From assembly GCA_014381465.1 (NCBI GenBank), contig JACNLP010000051.1, forward strand, positions 689-64,688: a DNA stretch of 64,000 nt, written 5' to 3'. This stretch comes from Flavobacteriales bacterium (lineage in GTDB: Bacteria > Bacteroidota > Bacteroidia > Flavobacteriales > BACL11). This document shows positions 16,789-28,132 of the stretch, in pieces. Each line of letters begins with the position of its first letter. Position 1 is the first letter of the stretch. Made by a program: the position numbers and the translations under genes. The notes below the pieces were generated by a model. That model saw only the letters and a program-made list of their open reading frames with translations. It searched no databases and was not told where the DNA came from.

Positions 16789-17916
16789 TTGGCAGGAATT
16801 TATATACATATTCCCTACTGTAAACAGCAGTGTACTTATTGCAATTTTTATTTTAGAATTTCGCAAAAAGATAAAGTAGAGATGCTAAAATGTATTGAAA
16901 AGGAAATGGAATTACGGAAAATGTATTTAGAAAATAAAATAGTTAAAACGATTTATTTTGGAGGAGGAACCCCATCAATGTTACAAGCTTCTGAAATTGA
17001 AAAAATCTTGCAAAATATTTATCAAAATTATTTGATAGATGAAAATATTGAGATTACATTAGAATGTAATCCGGATGATATTACAGAAGAAAAACTTTAT
17101 GAATTTAAACGAATTGGGATAAATCGCTTAAGTATTGGCGTGCAATCTTTTGATAATGAAGATTTAAAATTTATGAACAGATCGCATAATGCTACTCAAT
17201 CCAAAGAGTGCATACAAATGGCGAAAGAAGTTGGTTTTAATAACATTACAATTGATTTAATTTACGGTTTGCCAAATCAGACTTTAGAAAAATGGGAAAA
17301 GAATTTAAATCTCCTGTTTGATTTAGATATTCAGCACTTTTCTCCTTATGCATTAACAGTGGAAAAGAAAACGACATTAAAACATCTTGTGGATACCAAA
17401 AAAGTAAGCTTAATATCTGATGAAGAAATTGTTGAACAATTTAATTTATTGACAAACAAAGCAAAGGAAAAAGGATTTGTACATTATGAAATTTCAAATT
17501 TTGGAAAAATTGGCTTCTTCTCAAATCATAATACTGCTTACTGGAAAAATAAATATTATTTAGGAATTGGACCTTCTGCACATTCCTTTAATAGGATAAG
17601 TAGAAGGTGGAATGTGAAATCAAATAAAAAATATATTGAAGGAATTTTAAATAATGCAAATTATTTTGAAACAGAGATACTGGGCTTAAAACAACAATAT
17701 AACGAGTATATTTTTACTTCATTACGCACCATTTGGGGCGTAGATTCTAATTTTGTAAAAAATAACTTTAATGCAGAAATGCACAAAAACATGCAAAAAA
17801 CATCAAAAAAATGGCTAAAAAAGAAATATTTAACAGAAAATGGCAACATTTTAAGACTTACGGAAAAAGGGAAATTAATGGCTGATGCAATAGCATCTGA
17901 TTTTTTTGAGGTTTAA
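16789..17916 (+). CDS. hemW: Radical SAM heme chaperone HemW (TTG start)
   Basis: YIHIPYC...CxxxCxxC (CKQQCTYC), YFGGGTPS, HYEISNF, HNTAYW. Confidence 0.93.
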   Translation: MAGIYIHIPYCKQQCTYCNFYFRISQKDKVEMLKCIEKEMELRKMYLENKIVKTIYFGGGTPSMLQASEIEKILQNIYQNYLIDENIEITLECNPDDITEEKLYEFKRIGINRLSIGVQSFDNEDLKFMNRSHNATQSKECIQMAKEVGFNNITIDLIYGLPNQTLEKWEKNLNLLFDLDIQHFSPYALTVEKKTTLKHLVDTKKVSLISDEEIVEQFNLLTNKAKEKGFVHYEISNFGKIGFFSNHNTAYWKNKYYLGIGPSAHSFNRISRRWNVKSNKKYIEGILNNANYFETEILGLKQQYNEYIFTSLRTIWGVDSNFVKNNFNAEMHKNMQKTSKKWLKKKYLTENGNILRLTEKGKLMADAIASDFFEV

Positions 17917-17919
17917 AAA

Positions 17920-19029
17920 CTATCTCCTTTTTTGAGAATCAAGAATAGTCTTAAAATATGATTCGTACTGATTTACAATGTTTTCCCATGCATATACTTT
18001 TTTAATTTTGTTAAGGTTATTAGAAGTATACTGATTCTTTTTTTCTAATAAAGCATTGTTATTTAGTAAGTTAGTAAGTGTATTAGCGTCATCAAAATAA
18101 AAAGAATTATCTTCAAGTACCGATTTGTTGAACTGATTATTATGAGCAATAATAAAGCAGCTAGCCGCCATTGCTTCTAGTAATGCAGGGTTTGTTCCCC
18201 CAACAGAATGGCCATGTAAATAGAATTTTGAATAATGTCTTAAATTATCTAAATCTACTTTATTATATATTCCGCCTAAAAACTTTATTCCGGTATTCCT
18301 ATATTTATCTTTAAGAAAATCGCCATACTCTGTGAGGTGGTTTCCTACAATTATATAAGGAATTGTACAATTACTTTTTATATAGCCGTCAAACATAATC
18401 TCCAAATTATTTTCTGGCTCTAACCTTGCAATAGTTAAAAGATATTCTTTTTGTATTATTTCGTAAAATGACAAACAATTTGGGTTTGGAGTTAAATTTT
18501 CTACAGCCCCATAAGATATGTATTTTGAATTTCTCCCATACTCTTGTCTTATATACTCCTGTATTCCAATATTATCGGCAATTAAATAATCAGAATGTTT
18601 TATTCCATATTTTTCAAGAGCTTTTGTAATCTTTTGAACAAAACCACTCCATTTTAATCTCTTCCATTCCAAACCATCAATGTTTGTAGCTACTATTTTA
18701 TTTCTATGATTAATAAAGATAATTGATAATGATGCGGTAATAAGCCCTAGCTCAAGGATGATATCAAAATCTTTTTTTGCAGCATCCTTAAAACAATAAT
18801 AATCATATAGAAAATTAGAGACAGAGCTACCTAAATATTGCTGTGGACTAGATTTTCTAATAATTTTCACACCTTTATACTCATCATCTTTATATGGGTG
18901 AAAATCTGGGCTATATACAGTAACTTTATGTCCTTTTTTAGTTAATCCAACTGACAAATATTCAGCACATTGTTCGAATCCACCATAATTATTAGGAATT
19001 CCTCTAGTGCCTAAAATAGCTATTTTCAT
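17920..19029 (-). CDS. DUF1972-domain GT4 glycosyltransferase
   Basis: MKIAILGTRGIPNNYGGFE, DGLEWKR.KW, ARLEPENN, HGHSVGGTNPALLEAMA. Confidence 0.92.
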   Translation of the reverse strand: MKIAILGTRGIPNNYGGFEQCAEYLSVGLTKKGHKVTVYSPDFHPYKDDEYKGVKIIRKSSPQQYLGSSVSNFLYDYYCFKDAAKKDFDIILELGLITASLSIIFINHRNKIVATNIDGLEWKRLKWSGFVQKITKALEKYGIKHSDYLIADNIGIQEYIRQEYGRNSKYISYGAVENLTPNPNCLSFYEIIQKEYLLTIARLEPENNLEIMFDGYIKSNCTIPYIIVGNHLTEYGDFLKDKYRNTGIKFLGGIYNKVDLDNLRHYSKFYLHGHSVGGTNPALLEAMAASCFIIAHNNQFNKSVLEDNSFYFDDANTLTNLLNNNALLEKKNQYTSNNLNKIKKVYAWENIVNQYESYFKTILDSQKRR

Positions 19030-19203
19030 TTTAGAAACCTTTTAGATAAAGATTCATACAAAGTGTACTCATTTTGCAAAAGTAGATAAAAGAAATAGAT
19101 AAAAAAAAGAAGTATAAAAATAGTAGGAAAAATATTTTAAAACCAATTTTATCAAATATTTAATTTATTTGTATCTTGCAAAACTTTAATAAAGTAATAA
19201 ATC

Positions 19204-22200
19204 ATGCTTATGAATAGAAAGATTATTATAATATGCCTCTTCCTAATAGGAGTTTTTTTAGGTATAAAGAATGTAAATGCACAATGTAATATTGATGTAG
19301 ATACAGCAAATATTACTCAGGTAAGTTGCCCCGGAGGGGCTGATGGATTTGCGAGCTTATCACAAAATTCATATCTTAATCATTCTTGGGATAATTTAAC
19401 TAATGGACAAAATTATGGAAATGGACCTTTACTAACCTCAGTTAGCACTTTGGCAGCAGGACTTTATGTTGTTACAGGGACTAATCCTTTTGCTGGTTGT
19501 ACTACCCAAATCATGACTTCAGACACTTTTGAAATTTTAGAACCAATTGTTGCAAATAATTATAGTTCGTCAATTTGTGATTCTACAATATGTAATGGAA
19601 CAGCTAACATTGATATTACTCAGCAATTTCCCGGCTATATATATCAGGTTTCTATTAATGGTGGTATTTCTCAAAACTTACCGGCAACAAGCACTACCTT
19701 GTGCGCAGGGAATCAGACATACACTGTAAGTTATGATAGCGCAGGAACAACATTTAGTTGCCCATCAGACTCATTTAATATTACTGGAGGAGGATTAGGA
19801 GTAACTACATATTTGTTTGATACAATAATGTGTTTTAATAATTTAGCAGGGTTTTATGCGGTAACTACCGGAGGAAGTGGATGGTACACTTACGATTTAT
19901 ACTGGGATTTTTTTGGAAATTGGAATTTTTTTGGAACACAGATAACTTTTGATACTGCTACATTTATTAATATTCCTGCAAACAATTATAGAGTAACCGT
20001 TACAGATTCTGCAGGGGGATGTATCTCACAAGCATTTATTAATATTTCTCAGCCACCAAACTTAACACCTACCTTTACTATTGCTAGCCCAAGTTTATGT
20101 TTTGGGGATAGCGCTGCAGATTTGCATTTAAATGTGATAGGTGGAGTTTCCCCTTATACTGTAACTTTAAATGGAGGCCCGAGCATGCCAATTACGGCTA
20201 ATGATATTGACTTTTTGGATCTTCCAGCAGGCACATATCAAGTGATAATAACAGATGCTAATGGCTGTACAAAAATTAGAAACCAAACAATTACCTCTCC
20301 ACCAGCACTGGTAGTAAATTCTTTAATTTCATCCAATTATAATGGGCAAGATATAAGCTGTTTTTTAGGAAATGATGGAACTATTTTAGCTCAGGTAATA
20401 TCTGGCGGAACTCCTGGCTATCAATATGCAATTAATGGAGGGGCTTATGTTGGTAATCCTTTTTTCCAAAATTTACTCTCAGGAACTTATGCGATAAATT
20501 ATATTGATACAAATGGCTGTGAAACATCTGATACTTTAACACTTCAAGATCCTCCAGATTTAGCAGGAACAATTTCTGTTTCATCTGCTATTACTTGTAA
20601 TAGCGTTTGTGATGGACAACTTACTTTTAATGTGGATGCTACATTAACGGGAACGCCAACTTATCAATATTCATTAGATGGAGGTGCTTATCAAACTTCA
20701 GCTACTTTTGGAGTGCTTTGTGGAAATAATACTTATTCTATTACTGTTCAAGATTTAAATGCTTGTACTTATACAGATTCTCTTTATCTCGCTCAACCAG
20801 ATTCGCTAGAGGTATACACTAGCGTAATAAGCAATTATAATGGTTGGGGCGTTAGTTGTAATGGAGCAACAGATGGTATAATTTCAGTAGATTCTGTAAT
20901 TGGAGGAACTCCACTTTTTACTTATTCTATTGATGGTGGTGCATTTGGGTCTTCAACTTTCTTCACTGGATTAGCCGGAGGACTCCATACCATTATAGTG
21001 CAAGATGCAAGTGGGTGTACTGAAACGATAACTCTTACTATTTCTGAACCAAATCCTTATACAATTGTTTTAACTACTAATGTAAATTATAATGGTTTTG
21101 ATGTGGCTTGTAATGGAGATTGTAATGGCAGTATCCATGTTACATCTACTGGTGGAGTCCCATCTTATTTATATTCCCTTAATGGTCCTTTTCAGGCATC
21201 AACTAATTTTAATAGCCAATGTGCTAATAACTTACTTACGGTAGATGCAATTGATGCCAATGGTTGTACAGCTCAGGATAGCATTTTACTTATTGAACCT
21301 CCAATTCTAACTTTACAAATGGATTCTGTTATGGAAAATTGTGGAGCTGGAGATGGACAAGCAATTGCAATTGTTGGTGGAGGGGTTACACCTTATTTTT
21401 ATCTTTGGAATGATGGACAAACTACATCTACTGCAGATAGTTTATCAACAGGAACTTATACTGTAATAGCAACTGACAATAACGGATGTTTTCTAACAGA
21501 TAGTATTTTTGTACCGGGAACAAATATGGTGCTTTCAACAACAAGCACAGATGTTTCTTGTAATAATGGAGGAGATGGTACTGCAACTGTAACAGTAGTA
21601 GGGGCTTTTGCTTCTCCACTTACATATCAATGGAATGACCCTAATTTCCAAAGTACTGCAACAGCTACAGGGCTTGCAGCAGGAACATATACTGTGCAAG
21701 TAACTGATGGAAATGGTTGCACAACTTCTGAAACAATTGATGTACTACAGCCAAATTCTGTAAATTTAGAATTAGATTCTGCTAATTCTTTATTTGTAGT
21801 GCCTTGTTTTGGCGATTCATTAGGGATAGTCTCTGTATCAGCTAGTGGAGGTACTGGTCCTGGAACTTATTGGTTTTATATTGATGCAGCCAACCCTCAA
21901 AATGATTCTACTTTTTATGGACTTCCTGCAGGAAATTATTTGATTTTTGTAACGGATGCTAACAATTGTACGGATAGTGTAGCGGTAGAAATCACAGAAC
22001 CTGCTGAAATAATATTTACACTTAGTTCAACTGATGTGCTTTGTAATGGAGGGAGTTCAGGAACTGCTGAAGTGACTACAATAACAGGTGGAACACCTCC
22101 TTATATTTATAGTTGGAATAATGGTGCAACAACAGATAGTATAGGAGGATTATCAATAGGAAATTATTGGCTTGAGGTATCTGATGCAAGTGGGTGTAAT

Positions 22201-25200
22201 ACGATTGCCGATACAGTTACAATTAACGAACCAACTCAATTAACAACCTCCATATCATCTACAAGCTCTATGTGTGGAGGAACTGTAGCAAACGGAACTG
22301 CTAGTGTAGTTGCAAGCGGAGGAACTCCAAACTATTCTTATCTTTGGAATACAGGAGCAACTACTGCTAATATCAGTTTATTAGTTGCTGGAACTTATAC
22401 TGTAATTGTTACTGATGACAATGGCTGCATGGCTTTTGACACGGTAATTGTACAAGCAGGACCTCAACCAATTTTATCAGTAGCCATTCAAAATGTAAGT
22501 TGTTTTGGAGCAAATGATGGCATGATTACGCCTTCTGCAACAGGGGGAACAAGTCCTTATCAGTTTAGTATTAATGGCGGAAGTACTTGGCAAAATGCTG
22601 GTGTACAATATGGCCCTTCTGGTCAGGCATCTTATTTTGTAACAGTTAGGGATTCTAATGGTTGTGTTACAAGTGATTCGATTTTTGTGCTTGAACCGGC
22701 ACTATTAGTTGTTGATTCTTTCAGCATAAATGAGGTAATTTGTTATGGTTATTCGGATGGAGAGATTACAGTTAATCATTCTGGCGGCACTCCAGGATAT
22801 ACTTATTTATGGTCAGATGGCCAAACTACACAAACTGCCACAGGCTTAAGTGCCGATACTTTTTCTGTAGTTGTTACTGATACTAATGGATGTACAGACA
22901 TTTCAGTAAATGTAATAATGACTCAGCCAGATAGCTTATATATAACTTCTATTACCTCAACAGATGTATTTTGTAATGGAGGTAATGACGGAACAGCAAC
23001 AGTGACTGCAAGTGGTGGGGTATTGCAGTATTCTTATTTATGGAGTAATGGAGCAATGACTCAAACTGCAAATATGTCAGCAGGTAATCATACGGTAGAT
23101 GTTATAGATGATAACGGTTGTACAGTAAGTGGTAGCATTACTGTAAATGAACCGCTCGCACTAATAGTAGATTCCTTTACTATGGATTCGGTCTTCTGTT
23201 TTGGATTTAGTGATGGAAGCGCAACAGTTTATGTTTCAGGAGGTATTCCTTCTTACAATTACCTATGGGATAATGGAGATAATACAGCTTTTGCCGATAG
23301 TTTAGATGCTGGCTATCACTCTGTAACAATCACAGATTTTAATAATTGCGTTCTAATTGATTCAGTTAATGTATTAGAGCCAGCAGCATCAGTAACGATA
23401 GACTCATTGATTGTTAGCCAAATAAGTTGTAAAGATGCTAGTAACGGGTCCATTGTTGTATTGGCAACTGGCGGAATACCATCATACCTTTATTCAAAAG
23501 ACGGAGGGAATACTTATCAAACCCCAATCGGTTTTATTGGTTTATCACCTGCAACTTATAATATTATGGTGAAAGACAACAAAGGATGTACAGCATCTAC
23601 TACGCAAACAATTACCGAACCAGATTCTTTACTTATAGATTCGGTAGTATTCTCTCATGTAAGTTGTTTTGGTTACAATAATGGTTATATTCAAAATATT
23701 GATGTTAGTGGTGGAACACCACCTTATATGTATTCTGTTAATGGCTCTACTCCACAACAGTATCCAGTATTTAATTCTGCTCTTAATCCTGGACTTATTG
23801 GCGGACCGGGAACATATACTGTTGAGGTATTTGACAACAACAATTGTGTAGTAGCGGATATCATTATTATTGAAGAGCCACCTTTGTTAAATACAACTAT
23901 TTCTACTTCCAATTATAATGGTTATGAAATAAGTTGTAATGGAGATAGTTCTGGTTGGATTTCTGTAAATATAAACGGAGGTGTAGCTCCTTACTTAAAA
24001 ACTTGGATAAATGCACAAGGAGACACTGTTCAATCCTCTTACACTTCATTAGTGGATACTTTAAGCGCAGGACTTTACACATTAATAGTGGCGGATGCCA
24101 ATGCTTGTGTGAAGTCTCGATTTGTAACACTTACCGAGCCAACCCCACTTACTCATAATATTGTAACTACGCATGTAACATGTGATGGCTGGAATAATGG
24201 AAGTATTACAGATTCAGTTTATGGTGGTGTTCCTGGCTATACTTACATTTGGAATACTGGAGATACTACACATACAATAAGTAATTTACTTATTGGGGCT
24301 TATTCTATTACTGTAACGGATGAAAATAACTGCCAATCGACTGCTGGCACTGTCGTTAATGATGATGATAAGTTGGCAGCATCTGTATTGAACATACAAG
24401 ATGTAAGTTGTTATGGTTATTGTGATGGTTATATTGAAGTTACTACTTCTGGAGGCATGCCATTTTTTGATTCTAATGGAAACCCTATTTATACCAATAT
24501 TTGGGATGACCCACTTAGCCAGATTGATTCAACTGCAATAGGATTATGTGCGGATGGAAATACACTTTCTACTGTTTATACCGATACTATAACGGATGCA
24601 ATTGGTTGTCAAGTAACAGTAAGCGGAACAATAACTCAACCTTCTACTGTTGAAGTATCTGCTACTACACAAAATGGAATTTCTTGTTATAGTGGAAGTG
24701 ATGGCTCATTGCAAGCAAGTACAACTGGTGGTACTCCTGTTTATACTTACCTTTGGAATGATGGACAAACTACACCTACTGCAGGTAGTTTAGGAACAGG
24801 AAGCTATGTAGTAATTGTAACAGATGCAAATGATTGTATGGATACTACTGAAATTTATTTGGGCGAGCCAGATGTTCTTATAGTGAATATTGATCCTGTA
24901 ATAGATGTAACCCATGTAAGTTGTAACGGATTTGATGATGGAAAAATCACTGCTATTGCAAATGGTGGGACACCAAGCCCAGGGACCCCCACATATACTT
25001 ATCTTTGGAGTGATGGACAAACTAACCAAGCCCTTATAGATTCTGCTACTGGGCTTTCACCGGGCTTGTATTATGTTATAGTAACAGATGATAATGACTG
25101 TAAAGATACCTCTATTAGCGTGCTAATTACTCAGCCAGCAAGCGAATTGGTTGTTACTGCTGATTCAACAGATGAAACTTGTGTAATGAATGATGGAACA

Positions 25201-26109
25201 GCAACTGCTAATGTATATGGAGGAACAACACCTTATATTTATTCTTGGAATAATGGACAAACAACCCAAACCATTGCTAGTTTATCCCCAGGGAATTACA
25301 CGGTTGATGTAACGGATGCAAACGGCTGTATGCTTTCGGCTTCTACTTCTATTAATGCTTTTGATGCTATTTTCTTGCCAAACTTTAGCAATAGCTTTAG
25401 CGCCACAATTTGCTTAGGAGAGAATGTTACCATAAGTGTAGTGGATAACCCTAACTTTACATACAGTTGGAATACTGGACAACTGACTTCTACCATAACG
25501 GTAAAACCAGAGGCTCCAAGAACGGATTACATTCTCACAGTGGTGGATGTTGTCAATTGTCCAAATAGTTCATTTGATATTACAGCAACAATTTGGGTAA
25601 CACAACTGCCAATTATTCCTATCGCTACACCAAATCCAATTAAAGTTGGAGATGAAGTAGAATTAAGAGCAGCTTCTGCAAATAACGATTCTATTTATGA
25701 GTGGACTGATGAGGAAAACATAATTATAGCCAATTCTAAAACTACTTTGGTTTACCCTGAAGTAAGTACTACTTACTATATTATGGTAGAAGATGCTAAT
25801 GGTTGTCAAGGACATGATTCCATAAGGGTTGTAGTTGGGGTTATGGTTTATGATGGTATTTCTCCAAATGGAGATGGCTATAATGATTTCTGGGAAATTG
25901 AAGATATCGACCGCTATCCTGATGCAGTCATAGAGGTTTACAACAGATGGGGTTCTCAACTATTTAGCGCAAAAGGAGATACTTATAACGACAACAAATG
26001 GGATGGAACGCATAATGGTGAGCCATTACCAATGGGGACTTATTACTATATAATTAACTTAAATAATGACTCTGATTTACAAAGTGGAGCAATAACTATT
26101 ATTAGGTAA
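19204..26109 (+). CDS. SprB-like giant adhesin with SprB repeats and type-B T9SS (CHU_C, gliding-motility-associated) C-terminal domain
   Basis: Signal peptide; many C.G..DG.(I/A).V...GG..PY.Y.W repeats; C-terminus ISPNGDGYNDFW...IEVYNRWG...WDG...GTYYYII...GAITIIR; directly upstream of porP/sprF. Confidence 0.93.
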   Translation: MLMNRKIIIICLFLIGVFLGIKNVNAQCNIDVDTANITQVSCPGGADGFASLSQNSYLNHSWDNLTNGQNYGNGPLLTSVSTLAAGLYVVTGTNPFAGCTTQIMTSDTFEILEPIVANNYSSSICDSTICNGTANIDITQQFPGYIYQVSINGGISQNLPATSTTLCAGNQTYTVSYDSAGTTFSCPSDSFNITGGGLGVTTYLFDTIMCFNNLAGFYAVTTGGSGWYTYDLYWDFFGNWNFFGTQITFDTATFINIPANNYRVTVTDSAGGCISQAFINISQPPNLTPTFTIASPSLCFGDSAADLHLNVIGGVSPYTVTLNGGPSMPITANDIDFLDLPAGTYQVIITDANGCTKIRNQTITSPPALVVNSLISSNYNGQDISCFLGNDGTILAQVISGGTPGYQYAINGGAYVGNPFFQNLLSGTYAINYIDTNGCETSDTLTLQDPPDLAGTISVSSAITCNSVCDGQLTFNVDATLTGTPTYQYSLDGGAYQTSATFGVLCGNNTYSITVQDLNACTYTDSLYLAQPDSLEVYTSVISNYNGWGVSCNGATDGIISVDSVIGGTPLFTYSIDGGAFGSSTFFTGLAGGLHTIIVQDASGCTETITLTISEPNPYTIVLTTNVNYNGFDVACNGDCNGSIHVTSTGGVPSYLYSLNGPFQASTNFNSQCANNLLTVDAIDANGCTAQDSILLIEPPILTLQMDSVMENCGAGDGQAIAIVGGGVTPYFYLWNDGQTTSTADSLSTGTYTVIATDNNGCFLTDSIFVPGTNMVLSTTSTDVSCNNGGDGTATVTVVGAFASPLTYQWNDPNFQSTATATGLAAGTYTVQVTDGNGCTTSETIDVLQPNSVNLELDSANSLFVVPCFGDSLGIVSVSASGGTGPGTYWFYIDAANPQNDSTFYGLPAGNYLIFVTDANNCTDSVAVEITEPAEIIFTLSSTDVLCNGGSSGTAEVTTITGGTPPYIYSWNNGATTDSIGGLSIGNYWLEVSDASGCNTIADTVTINEPTQLTTSISSTSSMCGGTVANGTASVVASGGTPNYSYLWNTGATTANISLLVAGTYTVIVTDDNGCMAFDTVIVQAGPQPILSVAIQNVSCFGANDGMITPSATGGTSPYQFSINGGSTWQNAGVQYGPSGQASYFVTVRDSNGCVTSDSIFVLEPALLVVDSFSINEVICYGYSDGEITVNHSGGTPGYTYLWSDGQTTQTATGLSADTFSVVVTDTNGCTDISVNVIMTQPDSLYITSITSTDVFCNGGNDGTATVTASGGVLQYSYLWSNGAMTQTANMSAGNHTVDVIDDNGCTVSGSITVNEPLALIVDSFTMDSVFCFGFSDGSATVYVSGGIPSYNYLWDNGDNTAFADSLDAGYHSVTITDFNNCVLIDSVNVLEPAASVTIDSLIVSQISCKDASNGSIVVLATGGIPSYLYSKDGGNTYQTPIGFIGLSPATYNIMVKDNKGCTASTTQTITEPDSLLIDSVVFSHVSCFGYNNGYIQNIDVSGGTPPYMYSVNGSTPQQYPVFNSALNPGLIGGPGTYTVEVFDNNNCVVADIIIIEEPPLLNTTISTSNYNGYEISCNGDSSGWISVNINGGVAPYLKTWINAQGDTVQSSYTSLVDTLSAGLYTLIVADANACVKSRFVTLTEPTPLTHNIVTTHVTCDGWNNGSITDSVYGGVPGYTYIWNTGDTTHTISNLLIGAYSITVTDENNCQSTAGTVVNDDDKLAASVLNIQDVSCYGYCDGYIEVTTSGGMPFFDSNGNPIYTNIWDDPLSQIDSTAIGLCADGNTLSTVYTDTITDAIGCQVTVSGTITQPSTVEVSATTQNGISCYSGSDGSLQASTTGGTPVYTYLWNDGQTTPTAGSLGTGSYVVIVTDANDCMDTTEIYLGEPDVLIVNIDPVIDVTHVSCNGFDDGKITAIANGGTPSPGTPTYTYLWSDGQTNQALIDSATGLSPGLYYVIVTDDNDCKDTSISVLITQPASELVVTADSTDETCVMNDGTATANVYGGTTPYIYSWNNGQTTQTIASLSPGNYTVDVTDANGCMLSASTSINAFDAIFLPNFSNSFSATICLGENVTISVVDNPNFTYSWNTGQLTSTITVKPEAPRTDYILTVVDVVNCPNSSFDITATIWVTQLPIIPIATPNPIKVGDEVELRAASANNDSIYEWTDEENIIIANSKTTLVYPEVSTTYYIMVEDANGCQGHDSIRVVVGVMVYDGISPNGDGYNDFWEIEDIDRYPDAVIEVYNRWGSQLFSAKGDTYNDNKWDGTHNGEPLPMGTYYYIINLNNDSDLQSGAITIIR

Positions 26110-26110
26110 A

Positions 26111-27046
26111 ATGAAAATTATGAAGAAAATAACAATTCTTATTTTGATAATTTCTGCTGGCTTAGTTGCTAAAGCGCAACAATTGCCTCAGTTTACGCAA
26201 TACATGATTAATGATTATGTGTTTAATCCGGCAATTGCAGGAATTGAAAGCAGCTATCAAATGAAAACAAATATCAGGAATCAATGGGTAGGAGTTACAG
26301 ATGCTCCACGAACAACTGTTTTGAGTGTATATGGAAAATACAGAGAAAGCAATGTTGGATTAGGAGGTGTAGTTTTTAGCGACCAAGTTGGCCCTACAAG
26401 CAGAACAGGGCTTTCATTATCCTATGCGTATCATTTTTCTTTAACAGATAATATGAAAATGTCATTGTCATTGTCAGGAGGATTTACCCAAATTAAGATT
26501 GACCCTAATCATCTTCATTTCAAAGATTTTGAACCCCAAGCTCAAGGTGGTATTCTTAGTTCTTCTGTCCCTGATGCAACTTTTGCATTTTATTTATACT
26601 CTAAAGATTGGTATGTTGGTGCTTCAATTCCACAACTTTTAAATAGTAATTTAGGATTTTTTGAAGACGATTACATAGAAACATATAATTTAAATCCTGA
26701 TGGAAGTTTGGAACGACACTACTTTGCAATGGCTGGCTATAAGTGGAAGGTAAATTACGACTATGTGGTAGAGCCCTCTGTTTTATTAAAATCAGTTACC
26801 CCTGCCCCTACTCAAGTAGATTTTGGTGTGAAAGTAACCTACCAAAATAAATTATGGTTAGGTACAAATTATAGAAGTAGTGGTGATATTGGGTTGCTTT
26901 TAGGGTACTCTATTGGCGATAGATATTTAATAGGGTATTCTTATGATATGGTAACTTCTAATTTAGGAGACTATACTTCTGGCTCGCACGAATTTATGTT
27001 AGGTATTAGGTTTGCACCAGCAACTGAAAAAGAAATAATGAGATAA
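26111..27046 (+). CDS. PorP/SprF-family T9SS outer-membrane protein
   Basis: QQLPQFTQYM.N...FNPAIAG, RNQWVG...APRT, DQVGP, SLSYAYH, YSYD...GSHEFMLG; 1 bp after the type-B cargo stop. Confidence 0.95.
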   Translation: MKIMKKITILILIISAGLVAKAQQLPQFTQYMINDYVFNPAIAGIESSYQMKTNIRNQWVGVTDAPRTTVLSVYGKYRESNVGLGGVVFSDQVGPTSRTGLSLSYAYHFSLTDNMKMSLSLSGGFTQIKIDPNHLHFKDFEPQAQGGILSSSVPDATFAFYLYSKDWYVGASIPQLLNSNLGFFEDDYIETYNLNPDGSLERHYFAMAGYKWKVNYDYVVEPSVLLKSVTPAPTQVDFGVKVTYQNKLWLGTNYRSSGDIGLLLGYSIGDRYLIGYSYDMVTSNLGDYTSGSHEFMLGIRFAPATEKEIMR

Positions 27047-27070
27047 TATTTTGTTAAATAAATAAAAAGT

Positions 27071-27096
27071 AAAAACCCCTGCTCCCAGGGGTTTTT
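27071..27096 (+). terminator. Intrinsic terminator after the sprB-like/porP pair
   Basis: AAAAACCCCT-gctccc-AGGGGTTTTT followed by further T residues. Confidence 0.85.
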
Positions 27097-27355
27097 TATT
27101 TGTTGTACTGTTTAGTTTAGGAAAGAAATAGTACAACCCAAAACAAGTATTACGACTTAGGTGCAATATTAAATCAAAAAACACTCTTTTATAAGTTGCT
27201 AGATATCTAATTGTTAACACAAAAATGTTAAGAAAGAAAGGGTATAATAATTACTATTTTTCTAAAAAAAGAAAGATACAAATCAAATTTGGAAAGAGAT
27301 AAAAAGAAATAGAATAGTATTTTCTTACATTTGCACACTTAAAATTTGAAACATA

Positions 27356-28132
27356 ATGGGAATTTTACAAACAGCAGAAAGAAGTTCGCACCTTGACCCT
27401 AGTGAAAATGTGATTTTTCAAAGACATATGATTGCTTATATGGAAACGGCTAAAATGATAAGCGGAATGGTATTAGAAATTGGTTGCGGAGAAGGTTATG
27501 GCTTGGTAGAATTAGCTCCAAAAGCAGATAAGTATTTGGCAATAGATAAATACAATACGCCAATAAACAAGGAACTAAAAGAAAAAAATAATATTTCATT
27601 TAGGCAAATGGAAGTCCCTCCTTTAAAAGGCATTGAAGATAATAGCATTGATTTTGTGGTTACATTCCAAGTAATAGAGCATATAAATAATGATGAACTT
27701 TTTGTGTCAGAAATTTATAGGGTGTTAAAGCCAGGAGGAAAGTTAATACTTACTACTCCAAATAAACTCATGTCCTTAACAAGAAACCCTTGGCATATCA
27801 GGGAATATACTCCACTGCAAATGCGTGAGATATTACAAACAGCATTTGTAGATATTGATATTAAGGGAGTTTTTGGATTAGGAAAGGCAATGGCTTATTA
27901 TGAAGAAAATAAGAAAGCAGTAGAAAAAATTATGCGCTGGGATATTTTCAATCTTCAATATTTACTACCAAGATTCTTGCTGCAAATTCCCTATGATATA
28001 CTCAACAGATTTAATAGGCACAAGCTACAGGATAATAATAACGCCTTAGTTGACAAAATAACAATTGATGATTTCTGCATAAAACCAATGACTGATGAAT
28101 GCTTTGATTATTTTTGTATTGCTACCAAATAG
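27356..28132 (+). CDS. Class I SAM-dependent methyltransferase
   Basis: VLEIGCGEG, FQVIEH, RVLKPGG.L.LTTPN, PWHIREY; TACATTTG -7 element at 27326-27333. Confidence 0.9.
   Translation: MGILQTAERSSHLDPSENVIFQRHMIAYMETAKMISGMVLEIGCGEGYGLVELAPKADKYLAIDKYNTPINKELKEKNNISFRQMEVPPLKGIEDNSIDFVVTFQVIEHINNDELFVSEIYRVLKPGGKLILTTPNKLMSLTRNPWHIREYTPLQMREILQTAFVDIDIKGVFGLGKAMAYYEENKKAVEKIMRWDIFNLQYLLPRFLLQIPYDILNRFNRHKLQDNNNALVDKITIDDFCIKPMTDECFDYFCIATK

Noticed and set aside
26999-27220. 73-aa minus-strand ORF in the porP intergenic region
   Set aside because: It overlaps the porP 3' end and runs through the terminator hairpin, with no recognisable motif.
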